Source: an uncultured Lentimicrobiaceae bacterium
Lineage (GTDB): Bacteria > Bacteroidota > Bacteroidia > Bacteroidales > WCHB1-69
Assembly (NCBI GenBank): GCA_964521105.1
Contig: CAZFPO010000006.1
Coordinates: forward strand, 2,822 to 66,821
Reading direction: 5' to 3'
Length of the DNA stretch: 64,000 nucleotides
Part shown: piece after piece, positions 49,821 to 58,180 of the stretch
Layout: the number at the start of each line of letters is the position of its first letter
Position numbering within the stretch: position 1 is the stretch's first letter
Position numbers and translations under genes: made by a program
The notes under the pieces: generated by a model
What the model saw: the letters and a program-made list of their open reading frames with translations, nothing else
Databases searched by the model: none
What the model was told of the DNA's origin: nothing

Positions 49821-52154
49821 TTATTTTGTTTTTTTAGTGTTTTTTTTTGGTTTCTGTTTTACATCGTTTTTTATTACTTTCTTGGGTTCAGTTACTTTTG
49901 GTTTGTTTTTGTTTAAAATTGATTCAATTGAGTCTTGAAGGGCAACTTTTAGCAATGAGTCATTTTGATTATAATTGGTATAAACAGGAATAGTTGGAGC
50001 ATTTAAAACTAAATGAACCACTTCACCTTTTTTCAATTTTGTTCCTGCATTTATTGATTGAGAAATAACTACTCCTTTCCCTTCAATTGTTGTTAAGAAA
50101 CCTTGTTTTTCAATTAAAAAAACAGCATCTTTAACGCCCATTCCTTTTACATTTGGAACCACACCATTTTCAAATTGTTGAGGTTTAAGTCGTACAAAAT
50201 TTCCCGAGGTAGTATTTGCACTAACCCACTCGGATTGACGATTATCGGTTAATGTTTTATATCTCATAAAGGAGTAAATAGTCGAAATATCGGCTTGATA
50301 GCTAGTGCTAGTTAAGGGGATATTTTTGATTCGAATAGAATCGGGTTGGTATTGAGGGATGTCAATTTCGGTTGCATAAACTTTATTTGCAATTTCTCTA
50401 AAAACAGGAGCGGCAACTTCGGCTCCGTAAAATCCTTTTCGGCGGGGATTATTTATAACAACGATACACGAAAATTTTGGATTATCAGCAGGGAAATAGC
50501 CAACAAAAGAGGCTTTATATTCAACATTTCGAGCTTGGTCTTTTTTGTTTCCATAACCTCCCTTTTTAGCAATTTGTGCGGTTCCCGTTTTACCAGCAAT
50601 TTTAAAAACTTGATTGGATAGTTTTTTTGCAGTTCCATGTTCAACAACACCTTCCATACATGATTTTACTTTATCGATGGTTTTTTGAGAGCAAATTTGC
50701 TTATTGATTATTATCGGTTCGTTGGTTTTAATAATTTGTCCTGAATGTCGAATTTCTTTTACAAATTGTGGTTTTACTAAGGTACCATTATTAGCAACCG
50801 CATTATAAAACGATAATAATTGAAGAGGAGTTAAATGCATTTCGTAGCCAATCGACATCCATGGTAGTGTAGTTGCCGACCATGTTTTATCTTTATAATC
50901 TTTAATTAGGGGCTCTCCTTCACCACTAATTTCGACACCTAATTTATTCCCCAACCCGAATTTTTTTAGTAGGTTAACAAACGATTGAGGTCTATCGCCG
51001 AAAACTTTGGAAACAATAGATGCAAATGCAACATTTGACGAAACTTCAAACGCACGTTTTAAGCTGATATTTCCATATCCCTCTTCGTGCGAATCTTTCA
51101 TTTCGAATTTTCCAAAAGACCTTTTTCCGGTAGGAACAATTTCATTGGTATCAACACGACCATCTTCTAAAAGGGCTATTAATGAAGCTAATTTAAAGGT
51201 TGAACCTGGCTCCGAACTTTCCCATATTGCAAAATTTATATCTTCACCGTAACTGCCATCACTTCGCCGCTTTAAATTTGCAATGGCGCGAATAAACCCC
51301 GTTTGAACTTCCATTAATATCACACAGCCATGATCGGCACTAGTAGAATCGAGTTGTTTCATTAAAGCATGCTCGGCAACATCTTGCAACGATATATTAA
51401 TAGATGTATAAATATCATTGCCATTTTGAGGCTCAATTTGGTCTTCATCGGTTAAAGGCATCCAAATACCACCTCTAACTTTTTGTTCAACCCTGCGTCC
51501 ATCAATTCCTTTTAAATACTGAGTATAGGCACCTTCTAAACCAACAAATAAGCCGGTGTCGCGACCATTTTTACCTTTTACAATTTGCTCGTATCCAATG
51601 GTTCGATAAGCTAAAATTTTATAGGGCATTTTTCGAACATTTTTTTGTTCAAAAATTAATCCTCCTTTGTTTTTACCAAGTCGGAAAATTGGAAACTGCT
51701 TAATTTTCTTTAAATCGGTATACGAAACTTGGTCCTTGTCACTTCGAACATTCGATCTTTTTATAGGTAAGTATCTTGTTTTTTTTGATTTTGCTTGTTT
51801 AAATATCGTTTTATATTCCGATGCTGTTTTATCTTTAAAATGATTTGCTAAACAAATAGATAAGGAGTCGATGCCTTTTAAAAATGTTGAATCCGGACAA
51901 ACACTTGAATCCCAAAATAAATCAAAAACAGGAGCAGAGGTGGCTAACAAACTACCGTCTTCCGAATAAATGTTTCCCCTTGAAGCCTCAATAGTTCTAA
52001 TTCTTACATTTCGCTCATTGTCAGTTTTACGATAAGTTTCACCTTCTGAAATTTGAATATGAAGCATTTTCCATAATATGAGGATTGCTACCACCAAAAT
52101 ACTGATGTAAACAATTGATGCTCTTAAAGTTATTTCGCTTCGATTATCTGTCAT
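49821..52154 (-). CDS. ftsI: Penicillin-binding protein 3 (FtsI) with a C-terminal PASTA domain and a lysine-rich tail
   Basis: 777 aa. N-terminal TM helix, STFK, SSN, KTGT motifs. The PASTA-like segment VPNVKGMGVKDAVFLIEKQGF...GEVVHLVLN is encoded at about 50001-50160. Confidence 0.88.
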   Translation of the reverse strand: MTDNRSEITLRASIVYISILVVAILILWKMLHIQISEGETYRKTDNERNVRIRTIEASRGNIYSEDGSLLATSAPVFDLFWDSSVCPDSTFLKGIDSLSICLANHFKDKTASEYKTIFKQAKSKKTRYLPIKRSNVRSDKDQVSYTDLKKIKQFPIFRLGKNKGGLIFEQKNVRKMPYKILAYRTIGYEQIVKGKNGRDTGLFVGLEGAYTQYLKGIDGRRVEQKVRGGIWMPLTDEDQIEPQNGNDIYTSINISLQDVAEHALMKQLDSTSADHGCVILMEVQTGFIRAIANLKRRSDGSYGEDINFAIWESSEPGSTFKLASLIALLEDGRVDTNEIVPTGKRSFGKFEMKDSHEEGYGNISLKRAFEVSSNVAFASIVSKVFGDRPQSFVNLLKKFGLGNKLGVEISGEGEPLIKDYKDKTWSATTLPWMSIGYEMHLTPLQLLSFYNAVANNGTLVKPQFVKEIRHSGQIIKTNEPIIINKQICSQKTIDKVKSCMEGVVEHGTAKKLSNQVFKIAGKTGTAQIAKKGGYGNKKDQARNVEYKASFVGYFPADNPKFSCIVVINNPRRKGFYGAEVAAPVFREIANKVYATEIDIPQYQPDSIRIKNIPLTSTSYQADISTIYSFMRYKTLTDNRQSEWVSANTTSGNFVRLKPQQFENGVVPNVKGMGVKDAVFLIEKQGFLTTIEGKGVVISQSINAGTKLKKGEVVHLVLNAPTIPVYTNYNQNDSLLKVALQDSIESILNKNKPKVTEPKKVIKNDVKQKPKKNTKKTK

Positions 52155-52605
52155 TTTTTGTTGAATCCTTTTGTAACATTAATTTTATAGGAGGAGTGTT
52201 GTTTTCCACAACCCCAATTTCTAAAAGTTTTAGTTGAATACTCGATTCTTTTAAGCTATCCATCATGTCTGATTTTGATGAAATATACTCTTGTCTAAAT
52301 TCAATCAAATCGCGCTTCGATTTTTCGAGCTTTATCATGTTTTTTTCAGCCAAATAATTGTTGAAAATATATAGAATAGCAAATAAAAAGAGCATAATGA
52401 TGTATGGAAAAGAGTTTAAAAATTCTTTTCTGGAAAAGAAACTACCCCCAAAAATTGAGCGAAAACTTGAGCCAATTTTTTTAATATTTACATCGGCTTG
52501 TGTTTTCATTTTCGGACGCGACTTCTCTTTCTTCGTTGGTTCTTCCGAAGCCTCAACAGTTGATTCGTCAATAATTTCATCAGGGTCTTTATACCTGTTT
52601 TTCAT
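52144..52605 (-). CDS. ftsL: FtsL-like cell division protein
   Basis: 153 aa. Single TM helix followed by a coiled-coil-like segment. Position between rsmH and ftsI. Confidence 0.6.
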   Translation of the reverse strand: MKNRYKDPDEIIDESTVEASEEPTKKEKSRPKMKTQADVNIKKIGSSFRSIFGGSFFSRKEFLNSFPYIIMLFLFAILYIFNNYLAEKNMIKLEKSKRDLIEFRQEYISSKSDMMDSLKESSIQLKLLEIGVVENNTPPIKLMLQKDSTKNDR

Positions 52606-52607
52606 CT

Positions 52608-53519
52608 TTATTTTTTTTCAGCTATTCTTAATTTTGCACTTCTCGACCGGTTGTTTTCTTGTATTTCTTCATCACTCGGAATAATTGGTTTTCGAGTGAT
52701 GGAATTTAAAGGTGTAAGCACGTTGCCGTACATGTCTTTATTCAAAACTCCTTCAAAATTGCCAGTTTTAAAATAGTTTTTTATGATTCTGTCTTCTAAA
52801 GAATGATAAGATATTACTACCAGCCGACCACCCGGTTTTAATAATTTTTCAGCTTGTTGTAACATCGATTTTAATGATTCAATTTCTTCGTTAACTTCTA
52901 TTCGTAATGCTTGGAAAACTCTCGCGTAAAAACTGTTTTCCTTTCCTTTTTGAGTAAAAAACTTCAATACAATAAGCAGCTCTTCAATTGTTTCAATTGG
53001 TTTTATTGAACGGTTTTGACAAATTACCCTTGCCATTTTTCTCGATTCTCTAAATTCGCCATATTGATATAAAATATCGGCTATTTGCTCTTCGGTATAT
53101 GTGTTAATTATTATTGATGCAGTTTTTGGTTTACGTTTATCCATTCGTAAATCCAGTGGACCATTAAAACGTATTGAAAAACCTCGCTCAGGCACATCAA
53201 ATTGATGTGAGGATACGCCTAAATCGGCAAGTATACCGTCTACTTCCGAAATATTATTAAAATTTAAGAAATTTGATAAAAATTTAAAATTGTTTGGAAC
53301 AAAAATAAATCGTTCATCGTCAATTTTATTTGTAAACGAATCTGGGTCTTGATCAAAACCAATTAGTTTTCCCGCTGTAAGGCTCTTGAAAATTTCGCGA
53401 GAATGCCCACCACCACCAAAAGTAACATCAACATAAGTCCCTTGGGGATTTATGTTTAGTCCTTCGATTGCCTGTTTTAATAATACAGGTTTATGATACG
53501 CTATTTTGTTCTGCTCCAT
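52608..53519 (-). CDS. rsmH: 16S rRNA (cytosine1402-N4)-methyltransferase
   Basis: 303 aa. HKPVLL, DVTFGGGGHS, ADLGVSSHQFD, SYHSLEDR. Confidence 0.93.
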   Translation of the reverse strand: MEQNKIAYHKPVLLKQAIEGLNINPQGTYVDVTFGGGGHSREIFKSLTAGKLIGFDQDPDSFTNKIDDERFIFVPNNFKFLSNFLNFNNISEVDGILADLGVSSHQFDVPERGFSIRFNGPLDLRMDKRKPKTASIIINTYTEEQIADILYQYGEFRESRKMARVICQNRSIKPIETIEELLIVLKFFTQKGKENSFYARVFQALRIEVNEEIESLKSMLQQAEKLLKPGGRLVVISYHSLEDRIIKNYFKTGNFEGVLNKDMYGNVLTPLNSITRKPIIPSDEEIQENNRSRSAKLRIAEKK

Positions 53520-53967
53520 AATCTTTCCGAACCATTACTTCTTCAGCCAGATTTGCAAAATCTTGAGGTTCGTCTGTAAGCAGATTTTCATACGTGGATT
53601 TATTCCAAACTTCAATTCGATTGGCATAAGCAAAAAGAACTAAATCTTGCGCTATACCCGCATAAACTAACAAGTTTTTTGGTATTAGTAACCGATTGTT
53701 TGAATCAAGTTCTAATTGAGTGGCTCCCCGCATAAAATACCGAAAGAAATCCCTGTTCTTTTTACTGAACAAATTTAATTTATTGAGCTCCTGACTGATG
53801 GATTCCCATTCTGTCTTGGGATATACCACCAGACATTTTTCGAATCCGCGATTGATTACAAAAGTACTTTGTGTTTCTGACGGTATCTGCTTTTTTAGTG
53901 CAGATGGCATCATAACACGTCCTTTCGCGTCAATCTTACAGTCGTATTCACCCATCAAATTAATCAT
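53491..53967 (-). CDS. mraZ: Transcriptional regulator MraZ
   Basis: 158 aa. GEYDCKIDAKGRVMMPS and a second SpoVT/AbrB-like repeat LDSNNRLLIPKNL. Confidence 0.9.
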   Translation of the reverse strand: MINLMGEYDCKIDAKGRVMMPSALKKQIPSETQSTFVINRGFEKCLVVYPKTEWESISQELNKLNLFSKKNRDFFRYFMRGATQLELDSNNRLLIPKNLLVYAGIAQDLVLFAYANRIEVWNKSTYENLLTDEPQDFANLAEEVMVRKDYGAEQNSVS

Positions 53968-54006
53968 CGGTTTCCCTCTTTTTTACAATTCTGGCAATTT
54001 TAGATA

Positions 54007-54014
54007 CAAAAATA
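54007..54014 (-). promoter_or_regulatory. -7 promoter box (TATTTTTG) of the dcw operon
   Basis: Minus-strand TATTTTTG lies 39 nt upstream of the mraZ start and directly abuts the GTGG repeats. Confidence 0.45.
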
Positions 54015-54015
54015 T

Positions 54016-54040
54016 CCACTTTTTACCACTTTTTACCACT
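54016..54040 (-). promoter_or_regulatory. Putative MraZ operator: three GTGG boxes with exact 10-bp spacing
   Basis: The minus strand reads AAGTGGTAAAAAGTGGTAAAAAGTGGAT. Plus-strand CCACT occurs at 54016, 54026 and 54036. MraZ operators elsewhere are triple direct repeats of a GTGG-type box at helical-turn spacing. Confidence 0.6.
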
Positions 54041-54299
54041 TGTTAATAACTTTTTTTAATATTTTATTGTAAAAAGGTTGCATTACTACGAATAAATGTT
54101 TAAAAGAATTTGGTAATCAGGCTGATACGAAATCTAAATTGTTAATAACTTTTTGATATTATTTTTGAGATGTTTTACTTGTAATGGATTAATTAATCTT
54201 TTTTGATGTTGATTACTATCAATTAATTGAAGGGAGAACACAAATAGAATCATCAACTCAAAAGTTTTATTAAATTTGTAGTAGATTAAATTAGCCTAG

Positions 54300-55349
54300 A
54301 TGAAAGTACAAGGAAAGCATTACAAAACCATTGAAATGGAAAATGGGATTGTGAAAATGATTGATCAAAATATTTTGCCTTTTGAATTCAAAATAGTTCA
54401 TAGTTTAACTTATCTTGAAACCTGTACTCATATACGCCAGATGACTGTTCGAGGTGCTGGAGCTATTGGAGTTGCGGCAGCTTATGCAATGGCTCAAGCA
54501 TGTAATCAGGCAAAAGAAAGCAATTATTTGGATTACATTAATAGGGCAAAACACGAAATTGAGTCCACTCGTCCTACTGCGCGAAATTTATTTTATGCGG
54601 TTGAAAGGGTTTATAATGCGGGTTTAATTTCATCGCAAAATGCTTCGGTTGAAGCTTATGCAGTAGCTGATGAAGATGAAAATTCGTCAAAAGAAATTGG
54701 TATTTGGGGAAACGATTTGATATCACAAAAAGCATCTATTTCTACTCATTGTAATGCGGGTTGGTTAGCATTTGTTGATTATGGTTCGGCATTATCCCCA
54801 ATATACAAAGCACATGATGAAGGAAAAGATATTCATGTATGGGTAGATGAAACTCGTCCACGAAATCAAGGATCGCGATTAACCGCATGGGAACTTTCAA
54901 ACGAAAATATTTCGCACACAATTATCCCTGATAATGCAACCGCATTTTTAATGCAACAAGGTAAGATTGATATGGTGATTGTTGGAGCCGATAGAATTGC
55001 GGCAAATGGCGATACCGCAAATAAAATTGGCACCCTCGAAAAAGCTATTTCAGCAGCATATTATAAAATTCCTTTTTATGTTGCAGCCCCTTCTTCAACG
55101 TTTGATATTAATTGCAAAACAGGAGTCGATATTCCCATCGAATATCGAAATTCAGAGGAAGTATTGTGGACAATTGGTCGTTCAACGTCCGGAAAAATAA
55201 CACAGGTTTTAACGTCAAATCCTTTATCCGAAGCAATTAATCCGGCTTTTGATATTACCCCATACGACCTAATTACAGGATTTATTACTGAAAAAGGTAT
55301 AATTTTACCAAATAGAGCAAGTATCGGAAAATTAATACTTAATAAATGA
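54300..55349 (+). CDS. mtnA: S-methyl-5-thioribose-1-phosphate isomerase
   Basis: 349 aa. MTVRGAGAIGVAAAY, THCNAG, ETRPRNQGSRLTAWEL, GADRIAANGDTANKIGT. Confidence 0.88.
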   Translation: MKVQGKHYKTIEMENGIVKMIDQNILPFEFKIVHSLTYLETCTHIRQMTVRGAGAIGVAAAYAMAQACNQAKESNYLDYINRAKHEIESTRPTARNLFYAVERVYNAGLISSQNASVEAYAVADEDENSSKEIGIWGNDLISQKASISTHCNAGWLAFVDYGSALSPIYKAHDEGKDIHVWVDETRPRNQGSRLTAWELSNENISHTIIPDNATAFLMQQGKIDMVIVGADRIAANGDTANKIGTLEKAISAAYYKIPFYVAAPSSTFDINCKTGVDIPIEYRNSEEVLWTIGRSTSGKITQVLTSNPLSEAINPAFDITPYDLITGFITEKGIILPNRASIGKLILNK

Positions 55350-55945
55350 GTGAAGAGTACGTTGGAATAAAATTTAAGGTTGAATTTTTAGATAAACGAT
55401 CTCTCGTTTTATCCGATAGGCTAGCAGAATTAATACATTATTGTAAATTATTTGATGAGTTTAATCTAGCTCCACCATATCAAGGTGGTTCGGCTGGAAA
55501 TCTCAGTTTTAGAGTGCAAGAGGGTAAAAATGAATTTATCATTACAGGAACTAAAATTGGATTAAAAAATAATTTAACATCTGATAAATTTGTATTGGTG
55601 AAAAATGTTGATGTGAGCAAAAAAAATGTCAGTGTAATAGGTTTAATTGAGCCATCGTCAGAGAGTATTTTACATTGGCAAATTTATAAAACCAGACCTG
55701 AAATAAATTCAATATTTCATGGACACTCAGAATTGTTTTTATCGGTTTCAAAAAAAATAAAATGGATTGAAACAAAAAACGCTGTACCATATGGGTCGCT
55801 TGATTTAGTAAAGGAAGTAATAAACGTATTAGGGGATAATAAATTCGTAATAATTAAAAACCATGGTTTTTTAAGCTTAGGTAAAACTATTTCCGAAGCT
55901 TGGAATATTACATTTAATAAATTACAAGAAGCAAAAAAGCTATAA
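55346..55945 (+). CDS. Class II aldolase/adducin-fold protein (MtnB dehydratase or Ald2-type aldolase)
   Basis: 199 aa. GSAGNLSFR, SSESILHWQIY and IFHGHS metal-site motifs. Its start overlaps the mtnA stop (ATGA). Confidence 0.65.
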   Translation: MSEEYVGIKFKVEFLDKRSLVLSDRLAELIHYCKLFDEFNLAPPYQGGSAGNLSFRVQEGKNEFIITGTKIGLKNNLTSDKFVLVKNVDVSKKNVSVIGLIEPSSESILHWQIYKTRPEINSIFHGHSELFLSVSKKIKWIETKNAVPYGSLDLVKEVINVLGDNKFVIIKNHGFLSLGKTISEAWNITFNKLQEAKKL

Positions 55946-55997
55946 CGAAACTTACTTACAAATTAATGTAAGAAGTAATTTATTTGTCAGTTTTTTG

Positions 55998-56005
55998 TAA
56001 CTTTG
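55998..56005 (+). promoter_or_regulatory. -7 promoter box (TAACTTTG) upstream of ahcY
   Basis: Matches TAnnTTTG and lies 30 nt upstream of the ATG at 56036. Confidence 0.45.
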
Positions 56006-56035
56006 CAAAAAAATAAGAACATAAATAATTTAAAA

Positions 56036-57433
56036 ATGACAGATTATAAAGTTGCTGATATTAAGTTAGCAGAATGGGGACGAAAAGAAATTGAAATCGC
56101 CGAAAAAGAGATGCCAGGTTTGGTTTCGTTACGCGAAAAATTTGGGAAACAACAACCTCTAAAAGGAACTCGCATTACAGGTTCCTTGCACATGACCATT
56201 CAAACTGCGGTATTAATTGAAACATTAGTTTCATTAGGAGCGGATGTGCGTTGGGCAAGTTGCAATATATATTCTACTCAAGATCACGCTGCTGCTGCAA
56301 TTGCTGCTGCAGGAATTCCAGTTTTTGCATGGAAAGGTGAAACATTAGAAGAATATTGGTGGTGTACTTCACAAGCATTAGCTTTCCCTGGTGGACAAGG
56401 ACCAACCACCATAGTGGATGATGGTGGCGATGCTACTATGATGATTCATGTGGGATATAAAGCAGAAAAAGATTCTAAAGTATTAGACGTTACTCCTTCA
56501 TCACGCGAAGAAGCCATAGTTTTAAATACCCTAAAACAAATTTTAGCAGAAGACCCAAAACGTTGGCATCGTACAGTGGAGAAACTCAGAGGTGTTTCAG
56601 AAGAAACTACAACCGGAGTTCACCGTTTATATCAAATGAAACAACGTGGAGAATTATTGGTGCCCGCTATAAACGTTAACGACTCCGTTACAAAATCTAA
56701 ATTTGATAATTTATATGGTTGTCGCGAATCATTAGCCGATGGTATTAAACGTGCAACCGATGTTATGATTGCTGGAAAAGTGGTTGTGGTTTTAGGTTAT
56801 GGGGATGTTGGTAAAGGATGTGCTCACTCTATGAGGTCATATGGAGCACGTGTGATAGTAACCGAAATTGACCCAATTTGTGCATTGCAAGCCGCAATGG
56901 AAGGCTTTGAAGTTACAACTGTCGAAAAAGCTTTACCTGAAGGAAATATTTATGTAACTACAACTGGAAACCGTGATGTAATTACAATAGACCATATGAC
57001 AAAAATGAAAGACCAAGCTATTGTATGTAATATAGGTCACTTTGATAATGAAATTCAAGTGGATTTATTAGACACATATCCTGGTATTGTAAAACGTAAT
57101 ATTAAACCTCAAGTGGATGAATATTTCTTCCCTCAAGGACATTCAATATTCTTATTAGCCGAAGGTCGATTAGTAAACTTAGGTTGTGCAACTGGACACC
57201 CTTCGTTTGTTATGAGTAATTCGTTTACAAATCAAACGTTAGCACAAATTGACTTATATGCTAACGATTATCCTGTGGATGTTTATCGTTTACCTAAAAA
57301 ATTAGACGAAGAAGTTGCTCGTTTACATTTAGAAAAAATTGGTGTTATTCTTACCACATTATCAAAAGAACAAGCGGATTATATCGGCGTTCCTATGGAT
57401 GGTCCATATAAACCAGATCATTATAGATATTAG
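56036..57433 (+). CDS. ahcY: Adenosylhomocysteinase
   Basis: Start set at ATG 56036 ([19 protein letters not shown]). [26 protein letters not shown]. Confidence 0.93.
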   Translation: MTDYKVADIKLAEWGRKEIEIAEKEMPGLVSLREKFGKQQPLKGTRITGSLHMTIQTAVLIETLVSLGADVRWASCNIYSTQDHAAAAIAAAGIPVFAWKGETLEEYWWCTSQALAFPGGQGPTTIVDDGGDATMMIHVGYKAEKDSKVLDVTPSSREEAIVLNTLKQILAEDPKRWHRTVEKLRGVSEETTTGVHRLYQMKQRGELLVPAINVNDSVTKSKFDNLYGCRESLADGIKRATDVMIAGKVVVVLGYGDVGKGCAHSMRSYGARVIVTEIDPICALQAAMEGFEVTTVEKALPEGNIYVTTTGNRDVITIDHMTKMKDQAIVCNIGHFDNEIQVDLLDTYPGIVKRNIKPQVDEYFFPQGHSIFLLAEGRLVNLGCATGHPSFVMSNSFTNQTLAQIDLYANDYPVDVYRLPKKLDEEVARLHLEKIGVILTTLSKEQADYIGVPMDGPYKPDHYRY

Positions 57434-57444
57434 AAATTGGTTAA

Positions 57445-57514
57445 TTAAACCCAAAATATTCAATAGGAGATTTGAAAAAATCGAACTACTTGTCTTTTGG
57501 GTTTAATTTTTTTT
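57445..57514 (+). terminator. Long-range hairpin plus T8 run after ahcY
   Basis: TTAAACCCAAAA (57445-57456) pairs with TTTTGGGTTTAA (57495-57506) and is followed by TTTTTTTT. The 38-nt loop makes this less certain. Confidence 0.4.
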
Positions 57515-57538
57515 ACACAACCGAACTTGGATAATTCA

Positions 57539-57546
57539 TAAATTTG
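57539..57546 (+). promoter_or_regulatory. -7 promoter box (TAAATTTG) 3 nt upstream of repeat unit 1
   Basis: Matches TAnnTTTG. The predicted transcription start falls on the first bases of the conserved stem. Confidence 0.4.
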
Positions 57547-57549
57547 GAT

Positions 57550-57714
57550 AAAATTTTCATTTTACCCCTTGCTAGTCGTACTCCGACTCCAAGTCGGGGC
57601 ACGTCTTTTCGATAGGGAAATGAAAATTTTGAAACATTACTTTAAACTTCGCATTGCGACAAAATTTAAAATTTAGATTTTTTTCATCCGCAGAGTCTCC
57701 AGAATGGGACTCTG
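57550..57714 (+). repeat. Structured repeat unit 1: stem module B with a 47-nt apex, partial C box, hairpin A
   Basis: Arms AAAATTTTCATTTTACCC (57550-57567) and GGGAAATGAAAATTTT (57615-57630). Inner hairpin CCGACT-CCA-AGTCGG (57583-57597). GCGACAAAATTTAAAATTTA box. Hairpin CAGAGTC-(10)-GACTCTG (57691-57714). Confidence 0.8.
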
Positions 57715-57752
57715 TTGTTTATCTGAAATAAATACGATAAAAATATTAGAGT

Positions 57753-57760
57753 TATCTTTG
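57753..57760 (+). promoter_or_regulatory. -7 promoter box (TATCTTTG) between repeat units 1 and 2
   Basis: Matches TAnnTTTG and lies 37 nt upstream of the unit 2 stem. Confidence 0.35.
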
Positions 57761-57797
57761 TGAGTCTATCATGGAAGAAAAATAAAGGCTATATGGT

Positions 57798-57991
57798 AAA
57801 ATTTCCATTTTTACCCAGTGCTAGTCTTAATCCGACTCCAAGTCGGGGCACGACTTTTCGATAGGTAAATGAAAATTTTGAAACATCACTTTAAGCGTTA
57901 AATCGCGATAAATTTAAAATTTACAGTTCGATAAACTCACTGCATCGCAATTTAAAACTTCGATTTTATTTATCTGCCATGCCTATGGCAG
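57798..57991 (+). repeat. Structured repeat unit 2: B with 47-nt apex, full C box, hairpin A
   Basis: Arms at 57798-57816 and 57864-57879, with the same CCGACTCCAAGTCGG inner hairpin. C box 57905-57951. Hairpin CTGCCAT-GCCT-ATGGCAG (57974-57991). Confidence 0.8.
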
Positions 57992-58029
57992 GTAAACCTT
58001 TGGCATGACAATGTTAGTATTGTTACGGT

Positions 58030-58080
58030 AAAATTTCCCATTTTTTGCCCTTTTGTTCCCTGAAGGGAAATGGAGATTTT
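58030..58080 (+). repeat. Structured repeat unit 3: B module only, short apex
   Basis: Arms AAAATTTCCCATTTTTTGCCC and GGGAAATGGAGATTTT. The apex is replaced by TTTTGTTCCCTGAA (hairpin TTCCC-TGAA-GGGAA). Similarity to unit 4 fades about 25 nt further on. Confidence 0.75.
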
Positions 58081-58180
58081 ATTTAGTGATTGCAAAAAAC
58101 AGCCAACTTCTTCGCTATTTTTTCTAATTGACACCAATACGATTCAGAAAAACTTAGTTAGGCGGTGCTTTGGGAGAATG

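Noticed and set aside
56003-56035. TTG start of ahcY at 56003
   Set aside because: That TTG lies inside the TAACTTTG promoter box. ATG 56036 gives [19 protein letters not shown], the standard AhcY N-terminus.
57770-57784. Tiny ORF ATG GAA GAA AAA TAA downstream of the 57753 promoter box
   Set aside because: At four codons it cannot be supported as a gene. It is mentioned only because it lies between a promoter-like box and repeat unit 2.
57539-58105. CRISPR array as an explanation of the tandem repeats downstream of ahcY
   Set aside because: The period is about 230-250 bp rather than 60-75 bp. The conserved parts are long (50-90 nt plus a 47-nt box) and internally structured. There are only three or four copies, and no cas genes are in the window.
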